The translations under genes were made by a program, and so were the position numbers. Of a DNA stretch of 44,255 bases, positions 1-7,702 are shown in pieces (the stretch's first letter is position 1; the number at the start of each line of letters is the position of its first letter). The notes under the pieces are model-generated. The model saw nothing but the letters and a program-made list of their open reading frames with translations. It ran no database searches and was not told where the DNA came from. Origin of the DNA: a virus (Duplodnaviria; Heunggongvirae; Uroviricota; Caudoviricetes); IMG/VR virus record IMGVR_UViG_2874920711_000009, positions 1 to 44,255 of that record; one strand, 5' to 3'.

Positions 1-600
1 TCACCCCGGAAAGTTCCAGCATCGATTGCCAGATCTGTTTGCTGGGTTCCCCGTTGCCGCCGCAAGTTTGGTCACCAGCTGTTTTAGCGCATTGTGCTCC
101 GCCGGTAATAAAGGACGGTCGGTCGCCTCGCGCTGCTGTGGTTGCGGAATAACCATCTTCCCTTCCTGCAACAGGGTGAGAATGGTTTTTAATTGCTCCG
201 GTGAGAGCTGATTCAGCGGCGTCTGACCAAAGTTATGACGGATATAATCCGTGACCGCCTGACGATTATTCCCCAGACGTAAATACTCCCCTAATTGCGC
301 TAAAAGCTGGCGGGCAGAATGGCTTTTTTGCGCGGCCAGCAGACGTTGCGCCAGATTATGCTCAGCGGCAGGGAAGTGACGCGAAAGCAGCGGTGAATCT
401 CCCGACAGACCAATATCGTGCCTGATACCCGCCCACAGTTCTGCTCTTTGTTGTTGCGTCAGTGAGGTCACTTTCGTCATTAAGCTTTCCAGCGAAGTAC
501 GTTGCTGACTGGATAAAGGCTGATTGCCCGCGCCAGACGGCAGGTTATCTCCCTGACCTGGTGGCTGCCCAGGAGGAGGGCCGGAAATAGGTTGTATCAT
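1..600 (-). CDS. hypothetical protein, N-terminal 199 codons only (ORF runs off the window start)
   Basis: ORF track 1..600 minus, ATG at 600; Pro/Gln/Gly-rich N-terminus; lies outside the left att-like repeat so probably host flank. Confidence 0.4.
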   Translation of the reverse strand: MIQPISGPPPGQPPGQGDNLPSGAGNQPLSSQQRTSLESLMTKVTSLTQQQRAELWAGIRHDIGLSGDSPLLSRHFPAAEHNLAQRLLAAQKSHSARQLLAQLGEYLRLGNNRQAVTDYIRHNFGQTPLNQLSPEQLKTILTLLQEGKMVIPQPQQREATDRPLLPAEHNALKQLVTKLAAATGNPANRSGNRCWNFPG

Positions 601-765
601 TACGTATCCTTATACCTGAAATCTTCGCAAGTATGCCTGGCCGCGAGATTATGGCACACTTGTCCGGTTAACTCTCGTCTCATACAGGTAACACAAACGT
701 GAAAATCCTTGTTGATGAAAAAAATGATGACTTAATTTATTGATGTAAAAGGATTTATGTCAGCG

Positions 766-785
766 AGTGTCCACGCAGTGACCAC
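766..785. repeat. candidate prophage attachment core, left copy
   Basis: AGTGTCCACGCAGTG is identical (15/15; 19/20 over the extended CCAC) to 44226..44245 at the 3' end of int. Confidence 0.4.
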
Positions 786-995
786 ATTTTCGAGTACAGA
801 TAACACAAAGCCCGTTTTCACGGGCTTTGTGTTATCTGTGATTGTGGCTAAGCCACATGATTTAATACTATTTCCAGTTACAAGCAGCTTGAAGCGGTTT
901 TAGCGCGTTTGACAGGCCGTTTAAATTGAAAGTTGCACTTACGGGGCTCTCATTATAAGGCGTTATTTTTGTATACATTTTGCTTGAGTTGGCTA

Positions 996-2148
996 AATAG
1001 CTGCGCTTAATACCGCTACACTTTTGCCAGTCCATGTTTGCCTCCGGGGAATGGGCTGACGGTTTCCATAAAATGGCGAACTTTTTTCAACAGTTGCCAC
1101 ATTGAGCGGCACTGATGATTACGCGTTATTGTGTCGTGAAGTGCCTGCCATAGCCGTTCAACATGATTCACCCATGGCGAGTAAACCGGCTGATAAATGA
1201 CCCTGAACTTCGGGTTCTCCTTCAGCCAGCTCTGTGTTTCCCGGCTTTTGTGGATAATGTAGTTGTCCACGATCAGCGTGATGGTTTTCGCCCGACGGTA
1301 TGTCGCTTTAAGCCGCTTCAGCAGGCTGATGAACAGCGCCGAACTTTTGCTGTTGCCGCCCACATAGCTGACTTTACCTGTCCCGCTGTGCAGCGCTCCG
1401 GCCAGATAATATTTTTCATTCTGTCCCGGCGTGACCACCCGTTTTTGCTGTCCGCGCAGTTGCCAGTCCGCACCGATTTTGGGATGAAGATGGATATCCA
1501 CTTCATCTTCATAAAAGACCGGATGCTCTGCGCTGCATTCGTCCAGTGCTTTATGGATTGCTGCCATCTTTTCATCTTTATGCGGGTCACGGATACGCAG
1601 AGTTGGCGCAGCCCTTCGCCACACAATCCCCGCAGACGGCAACCAGCGGCGAACGGTTCCGGCATTTAACTGGCAACCGGTTATCTCATTGATTTTTATT
1701 GCCAGCAGTTCTGTACTCCAGCGTGAACGCTGGTAGACAAAGTCGCCGGGAGAATGTTTTACCAGCTCACGTAACAGTGTGCAGATATGCTCAAACGGCC
1801 AGCGACGGGCACGCCCGGCAGGTAATGATTTCAGTCCCTCAACACCCGACTGCGTGAACCAGTTAATCCAGCGTCCAACAGAGGAACGGGCGCAGCAGAG
1901 CGTTCTGGCAACGTCGCTGACACGGTCGCCCCGGTGCAGCATCAGCATGGCAGTCAGTCTGCGGGCATAATTTTTATCGTGTGTTTTATGGATGGCTTTC
2001 TGCATCAGGCGTCGTTCGTCACGGGAAATTGGTGCTATGATCGGCATTGCTCAGTCCGGTTGGTGATTTGTTTTGATTTGGCGATTGATCAGATCGCACA
2101 ATCCGGGCTAAGTTCCCTCAAAGTGATCTACTATTCCGCGCAGCTATT
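996..2148 (-). mobile_element. IS630-family insertion sequence, 1153 bp
   Basis: 343-aa IS630-type transposase inside; terminal inverted repeats AATAGCTGCGC; flanked by TA on both sides within a CTAG target (993..995 and 2149..2151). Confidence 0.85.
1016..2047 (-). CDS. IS630-family transposase
   Basis: 343-aa ORF of typical IS630 transposase length and sequence character, bounded by the IS inverted repeats. Confidence 0.9.
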   Translation of the reverse strand: MPIIAPISRDERRLMQKAIHKTHDKNYARRLTAMLMLHRGDRVSDVARTLCCARSSVGRWINWFTQSGVEGLKSLPAGRARRWPFEHICTLLRELVKHSPGDFVYQRSRWSTELLAIKINEITGCQLNAGTVRRWLPSAGIVWRRAAPTLRIRDPHKDEKMAAIHKALDECSAEHPVFYEDEVDIHLHPKIGADWQLRGQQKRVVTPGQNEKYYLAGALHSGTGKVSYVGGNSKSSALFISLLKRLKATYRRAKTITLIVDNYIIHKSRETQSWLKENPKFRVIYQPVYSPWVNHVERLWQALHDTITRNHQCRSMWQLLKKVRHFMETVSPFPGGKHGLAKV

Positions 2149-2916
2149 TAGTTTTCGGATGAAATCAATGTCATTACCTTTATAAAAAACAGCCTTTGTA
2201 TCTGTAGATACTAGCCAGTTTCGCTCAACTGCTTTCTGTTTATCAAGGCGATAAAGCATGCTGGTTTGTTCAAGGCCTAAATATACATCCCAACTAAGAA
2301 ATACTTCGGTTTTCTTTTCTCGGCAAGCTATAAACAGAGTAGGAGTAACCGCTTCTCCAAATGGAGTTCTGATATAATCATCACTTTCTAACGATAAAAT
2401 TACATTTTTCGAATCATCAATTGGCGATGTAGTAATGGATGTGTGCCATTTTCCTACATCTGTGGCTTTCTCTAATTTTGATTCAGCTTGAACGGCTTTA
2501 TCCTGTGGGAATAGTTTATCGTAGCAGTTTAGTCTGGCTTCTTTATCATTTTCTGCACGACATTTAGATATCTCAGAAAAATTTGGTTGCTGAGCCTCTG
2601 TTGTTACTGGCTTTTCCGTTTTAGATTTTGAGTTTACAGATGGAGTAAATGTTGGAGAAAAGAAACGATCATAACAAGATAAACGTCTATCATCATCTTT
2701 CTCATCAGGGCATTGATCTCTGCTTTCGAATTTTTCAGCAACTTTCGTTCGAGTCGGTTGTATTGACTTATCGTAACAAGAAAGTCTGTCTTTATTATTT
2801 TCTATTGCTCGGCACTGGAGTACTGCATTGAAGTTCTTATGTTCAGTTGCTGCGTGAACAGGCAGTACACTAATTGATATAAATGATGCACCTATAGAAA
2901 AAATTATATTTTTCAT
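2131..2916 (-). CDS. secreted protein with three Cys-containing repeats (C-x8-9-RLxCYD[KR]); 3' end replaced by IS630
   Basis: N-terminal signal peptide MKNIIFSIGASFISISVLPVHA; last 6 codons and stop (KLNSCAE*) are encoded by the IS630 terminal repeat; low GC. Confidence 0.6.
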   Translation of the reverse strand: MKNIIFSIGASFISISVLPVHAATEHKNFNAVLQCRAIENNKDRLSCYDKSIQPTRTKVAEKFESRDQCPDEKDDDRRLSCYDRFFSPTFTPSVNSKSKTEKPVTTEAQQPNFSEISKCRAENDKEARLNCYDKLFPQDKAVQAESKLEKATDVGKWHTSITTSPIDDSKNVILSLESDDYIRTPFGEAVTPTLFIACREKKTEVFLSWDVYLGLEQTSMLYRLDKQKAVERNWLVSTDTKAVFYKGNDIDFIRKLNSCAE

Positions 2917-2920
2917 TTTA

Positions 2921-3253
2921 TTATCCCTTTGGTTTAGTAAGAAATACTAAAATTCCGATAATGATATCGCCAATAACCCATAAGCTTCCAATGGTAATTA
3001 AACCTAAGCCTGTACCAATAACTGCACCGGCTTTTTCGGCATCGGATGTGGCATTATTTATTATTTCACTAGTGCCTCCTAGTCCAACTAAAAGCGTATA
3101 GGTCATAAAAATATTAAATAATATAAAAACCCACTTAATGATCCGTCCAAAAAATGAACGCTTAAGTTTTTGTAGTTGTTTACCACAAGCAGGGCAATAC
3201 AATGCTGAATCGCTTACCTCTTTCTGGCATTCAGGACATTTGATTAATGCCAT
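2921..3253 (-). CDS. zinc-ribbon membrane protein
   Basis: CPEC..x13..CPACG ribbon followed by two hydrophobic helices; 4 bp upstream of the secreted-protein gene, same strand; low GC. Confidence 0.6.
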   Translation of the reverse strand: MALIKCPECQKEVSDSALYCPACGKQLQKLKRSFFGRIIKWVFILFNIFMTYTLLVGLGGTSEIINNATSDAEKAGAVIGTGLGLITIGSLWVIGDIIIGILVFLTKPKG

Positions 3254-3513
3254 GTAATCCGCCTCCTTTGGATTAATACGAGTTGATATTTGTTACAAAA
3301 CATTTTGATTTTATCAGATTTTTTTTATTGATAAGTGTCAATTGATTAGCTGGTATAGAGTGAGGCATATAGAAGGGCTGAGCTGCGTCAGTATGTGATG
3401 CAAAAATCCCACAGTTTCATGGAATTTTTGCATTTAGAGCTGTGAGATAGGGTGCCTTATCGACCTTACCCTGGCAACCGATTGACGGGGATTGCTCCCC
3501 CGTCGCGGTTTCC

Positions 3514-3654
3514 TTACTGCTTACACTGTAAGAACGCCGCAAACTCCGCTCCCCAGAAGCTCATCCGTATTTCACACAGCGAACCGTGTAGCATCCAGAT
3601 GATGAGGATTACCGTCACGCAGAACGTGATGGCCGTAAGCGATTTTTGCGACAT
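3514..3654 (-). CDS. Hok/Gef-family type I toxin-like peptide (46 aa)
   Basis: Hand translation MSQKSLTAITFCVTVILIIWMLHGSLCEIRMSFWGAEFAAFLQCKQ: N-terminal TM helix then LCEIR..x6..EFAAF, matching the Hok/Gef motif LCE[IV]R..EVAAF; not in the ORF track (under 60 aa). Confidence 0.5.
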   Translation of the reverse strand: MSQKSLTAITFCVTVILIIWMLHGSLCEIRMSFWGAEFAAFLQCKQ

Positions 3655-3845
3655 AGCGCTTGCTCCTTTGTTGGAGAGGCGCTAACCTATCACTTGCTTA
3701 AGGTAGATATGTTAGGGCCTCGGTTAAACAAAAATGTTTTCCGGGGCCTTTCCACATCTGGCCTTCGGGTATTCCCTCCGACCATCAGCCGAAAGGCACC
3801 CGCGCGTAATCTATCGCTTTTTTGTTACTCCGGCAATTCTGCCTG

Positions 3846-4106
3846 TTAATTCTGAGGTAAAGGCAAACTCATCTGATTGTTTCCCCTGTGTGAAGCTGGC
3901 AGTTCATGCCACGGGATACCTTCTGAAGAGTGAACGCCGGAGGCATGTTTCGATGTGAATTTATGGAAAGCTTCCAGTGTTGAGAAGCATACGCCGCATT
4001 CCAAGTTGTTACACTGGTAATACTTTTGCCGCACGGTGTTTGAATCATTTTCCGGACGACTGGTGCGGATACGGGCAGATGCGCCACAAAGCGGACAACG
4101 GAACAT
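3846..4106 (-). CDS. ogr: Ogr/Delta-family zinc-finger late-gene activator
   Basis: MFRCPLCG...YYQCNNLECG zinc-finger pattern; GGGAGG RBS; adjacent to gpD as in P2. Confidence 0.8.
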   Translation of the reverse strand: MFRCPLCGASARIRTSRPENDSNTVRQKYYQCNNLECGVCFSTLEAFHKFTSKHASGVHSSEGIPWHELPASHRGNNQMSLPLPQN

Positions 4107-4148
4107 AGCGACCTCCCTTAACGTGGTGCTGCCGCTATTCTAAGTTGC

Positions 4149-5258
4149 TCACTCTGTTTCCGCTATCCATTCCGGGATTTTTGCCTCAAGCTCAAGCTGC
4201 GTGGTAAAGCCGCTGTTATCAATGGTGTGCTCGACTTTCGCAATAATCCAGTCCTGATTATCAATCTCGCTTTTAAATCCTGTTACCGTGCCATGCATTT
4301 CGGGGTAGAGTTCTGCGCGTCCACGTGCCAGTGTGATGGAGAACGCTGCGGCTCCGCGTTGTAGCTGCTGCCACTTTGCCGCCGCTGCGCGTCTTGCTGC
4401 CTGCTCGTTCTGATAAGTCTTGCGTAACACAAACACATTGCCTTCCGCGCCTTCCATATAATCACCTTCACGGCTGCTGCTTTTCTCCTTTTTCGGTTTG
4501 GGTGGTTTGCGGCGTTTCACGCTGACTTTTTTCTTTTTCCCATAGTTAAGATCAAGCCAGTAGGCGCGCACCCCCGTATACGCCTCGCGGTCAGCAATGC
4601 GGAACTGATGGCGATCGCCGCTGCTGCGTGTGATGGCGAACGATGGCAACGGCTGGCCCTGTGCGTTCACGCCACCACCTGGCATGATGAATAACAGATT
4701 GCCGCTTTTTACCGTGGTGATTGCGCCCAGCATTTCCGCCATGCGCGTAAGGAAGGACATGTCGCTTTCTTCGGTCTGGTCGGCGTGGTCGATTTCGATC
4801 TCCATCAGCATTTCGCTGATTTGCGGTTTCAGACCGTACCGATGAGCGATGGCAGATACCACGCGCTCAACGGTCACATCATGCCAGGATACTTCATGTT
4901 TAACGTTAAATTCATCCCGAAAATCTGCGCTTCTGGCTGAAACAGTCAGCCTGTCCGGCGGTCATTCGTGAGCGATTTCATCAACAATGTAAGTGCCTTT
5001 TTCTGTCAGCGGTTCTCCTTTCCAGCCAATGAGAACCGTCAGGCGCGCGCCCCGTGGCGGTAGCTGCAACTGACCATCCGCATCATCCAGCGTGATGGTG
5101 AGCTGGTCCGCCTCAAATCCCCGGTTGTCGGTCAGTGACAGGCTCATCAGGCGCTCTGCCACGCCTGACAGCGCTTTACCCTCCGCGAGAATATCAAAAT
5201 CCGGCATTTTCACGGGGTCTGTGCCCTGACTGAGCAATTGCATGGTGGTGTCGGTCAT
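4149..5258 (-). pseudogene. D: tail protein gpD (late control D), frame broken between about 4880 and 4960 as given
   Basis: N-terminal fragment from ATG 5258 (GGGAGG RBS) ends at 4962; C-terminal 242-aa fragment 4149..4877 in another frame. Confidence 0.75.
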
Positions 5259-5414
5259 CTGTTCCCTCCCTGTGCGGCATGGTCGCATGTGCGTGCGGAG
5301 GGGGTTACTGCTTTTTGTTGTCGCCGTGGCGGGAGAACGGCGCAGGGGTGAGATTACGCGCGTGGTGGGTGATGATTGTTGCCGAATCATTTAACGGATA
5401 CAAGGGCTGAAGCT

Positions 5415-6599
5415 ATGAGTGAAACTCGTTTTCATGGTGCCCGTGTTACGGCAAATACCGACCTGGTAACAGCGATTAACGATGTTGATTCCAGCATTAT
5501 CGGTATCGTGGCAACGGCGGATGATGCGGACGCGAAGCTGTTCCCGCTGAACAAGCCCACACTGCTGACCCGCGTCAATGACGTGCTGGGAAAATGCGGG
5601 ACAACGGGGACGCTTTATCGTGCGCTTAAGGCCATCGCAGACCAGGTGAGCACAAAGGTGATCGTCGTTCGCGTGGCTGAACACAAAGAAGAAGACGGAA
5701 AGACGCAGGATCAACTGGTTATCGGTGGTTCTGAGGATGACGGCAGCTATACGGGGATGTATGCGCTGCTTGTTGCAGAGCAGGATGAAAGCATCGGATA
5801 CCGTCCGCGTATTCTGGCCGCGCCGGAGCTGGACACGGAGGCGGTAACAAAATCCCTGTGCGTGATTGCGGGTAAACTGCGCGCGTTTGTGTATGCCTCA
5901 TGTCACGGCTGTAACACGATGGCTGAGGCGATTACCTACCGCCAGAAATTCAACGAACGTGAGGTGATGCTTCTGTGGCCGGATTTTATCGCTTACAACC
6001 CGAAAAGTGGTAAAAACGAAACGTTCCCCGCGCCTGCTTATGCGTGCGGCCTTCGTGCGTATATTGACCATGAGCAGGGCTGGCACAAATCGCTGTCCAA
6101 TGTTCCGGTTAAAAATGTCCTGGGCATGTCAAAACATGTTTTCTGGTCGTTACAGGCCGAGGACAGTGACGCCAACAGCCTCAACAACAAGGAAATCACC
6201 ACCATCATTCGCCGCAACGGGTTCCGCTTCTGGGGCAACCGCACACCGGAAACGAACGCCTACATCTTTGAGGTGTATACCCGAACCGCACAGGTGCTGG
6301 CTGATTCAATTGCGGAAGCGCAGTTTGAAACCATCGACAGTCCACTGACACCTGCGAACGTGAAGGATGTTATCAGCGCCATCAGGGCAAAACTGGATTC
6401 GCTGGTTACTGCCGGGAAACTGATTGGTGCGGAGTGCTGGTATGACGTGGTGGATAACGGCACCACGGATTTACGTCAGGGACGTGTGCGTATTCGCTAC
6501 AAATATACGCCCGTTCCGCCACTGGAAGACATGGAGCTTTACCAGACGTTTACTGATGAATTCTTTGGTCCCGCATTTGCGGTGCTGGGAGGTGCCTGA
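5415..6599 (+). CDS. FI: contractile tail sheath protein gpFI
   Basis: Intact ORF; strong similarity to recalled P2 FI (FPLNKP..., AIADQ..., LRAF.Y.S..GC.T..E...YRQ.F..RE.M..WPDF, GWHK.LSNV, IRR.GFRFWGNRT, Y.YTPVPPLE). Confidence 0.9.
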   Translation: MSETRFHGARVTANTDLVTAINDVDSSIIGIVATADDADAKLFPLNKPTLLTRVNDVLGKCGTTGTLYRALKAIADQVSTKVIVVRVAEHKEEDGKTQDQLVIGGSEDDGSYTGMYALLVAEQDESIGYRPRILAAPELDTEAVTKSLCVIAGKLRAFVYASCHGCNTMAEAITYRQKFNEREVMLLWPDFIAYNPKSGKNETFPAPAYACGLRAYIDHEQGWHKSLSNVPVKNVLGMSKHVFWSLQAEDSDANSLNNKEITTIIRRNGFRFWGNRTPETNAYIFEVYTRTAQVLADSIAEAQFETIDSPLTPANVKDVISAIRAKLDSLVTAGKLIGAECWYDVVDNGTTDLRQGRVRIRYKYTPVPPLEDMELYQTFTDEFFGPAFAVLGGA

Positions 6600-7108
6600 T
6601 GGCTGTACCAAAACATCTTCGCTTTTTTACGTTGTTTGTGGATGGTGAAAACGAAGTGGGCAAAGTGACATCCGTCACGCCGCCCAAACTGACGCGCAAA
6701 ACCGACAGCTATCGTGGTGGTGGCATGATGGGGCGGTAAGTATTGATCTCGGTCTGGACGACTCCGCGCTTGATGCGAGTTTTGTCATGGGGGAGCTGTT
6801 CGTGCGCTGTTCCTTAAATATGGCGGCACGATTGACGGCACGCTGCTGCGTTTTGCGGGTGAATACTACACCGATGCAGAAAGCGATCTGTATGAAATCG
6901 AGATGCGCGGGCGTGTGACGGAAATTGATATGGGGAAGCCAAACAGGGCGAAGCCACATCACACACTTACGCTGTCAAAAACACCTACTACAAGCTGAGC
7001 GTTAACGATCGCCCGCTGTGGGAAATCGACCTGTTGAACCACATCTACCGGAAGGACGGCAAGGACATTGTGCCTGACCGTATCCGTTCCGCGCTTGGGC
7101 TTGGCTGA
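6600..7108 (+). pseudogene. FII: tail tube protein gpFII, several frame breaks as given
   Basis: Starts MAVPKHLRFFTLFVDGENEVGKVTSVTPPKLTRK (FII-like) then loses frame; no long ORF in 6600..7110. Confidence 0.65.
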
Positions 7109-7163
7109 TAAGTAATATGCAGGCGGCGCAGTGCGTCGCCTCTGACTGAAAAGGAGACAACTA

Positions 7164-7538
7164 ATGAAAGACATCGATACTGAAACCCGGAATAACACCG
7201 TGGCGGATGATGTGACGGCAGGTGAGGATATGGCTGTCGAACGTGGCGTAAAACTGACCCGACCAATTGAGCGTGGTGGCGAAAAAATCACGTATGTGGA
7301 GATCACCGGGGCTATTGAGCAGGGTGGATCCCTGCGTGGTCTGTCGCTGTCTGATGTGCTGAATCTGAAAGCGGATACCATGTTTACGCTGTTGCCTCGC
7401 GTGACCTCGCCACGACTGGATGAAGTGATGATTAAAAAAATGTCGTCACGCGATTTTATTCAGTTGTGCGCTGTGGCTGTAAATTTTATGAGCGAGCCAG
7501 ACTCTGGCGCGAAGAGCGTGCAGGAGACGGCAGCGTAA
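7164..7538 (+). CDS. E: tail assembly chaperone gpE
   Basis: 124-aa ORF after FII with RBS AAAGGAGA; position and size class as P2 E. Confidence 0.75.
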   Translation: MKDIDTETRNNTVADDVTAGEDMAVERGVKLTRPIERGGEKITYVEITGAIEQGGSLRGLSLSDVLNLKADTMFTLLPRVTSPRLDEVMIKKMSSRDFIQLCAVAVNFMSEPDSGAKSVQETAA

Positions 7539-7702
7539 TCACCCTGGTGTGCTTTGAGCACATCGAAGATCTGGTGGCGGATATTGCCGCCATTTTTAAC
7601 TGGTCGCCCGCCGAAATCTTCATGATGACGCCCGGCGAAGTGGTTAGCTGGCGCGAGCGGGCGGCACTTCGCAGCGGGAATGCAGATAATGAAGACTCTT
7701 GA
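7164..7702 (+). CDS. E': gpE+E' fusion via programmed -1 ribosomal frameshift near the A7 run 7434..7440
   Basis: -1 frame opens exactly at the A7 run (stop TAA 7433..7435 just before) and continues to 7702, overlapping the T start at 7680. Confidence 0.5.

Noticed and set aside
700-840. tRNA gene at the prophage boundary
   Set aside because: No cloverleaf-compatible sequence seen next to either att-like repeat; the nearby hairpin is a simple 16-bp stem-loop
3452-3958. Three overlapping plus-strand ORFs (77, 67, 74 aa) between the cargo genes and ogr
   Set aside because: No RBS, overlapping one another, and antisense to the hok-like peptide and its leader; more likely non-coding
4962-5390. 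142-aa ORF implying a longer gpD N-terminus
   Set aside because: The first 44 codons are low-complexity read-through of the D-FI spacer; the real D start is the ATG at 5258 with a GGGAGG RBS
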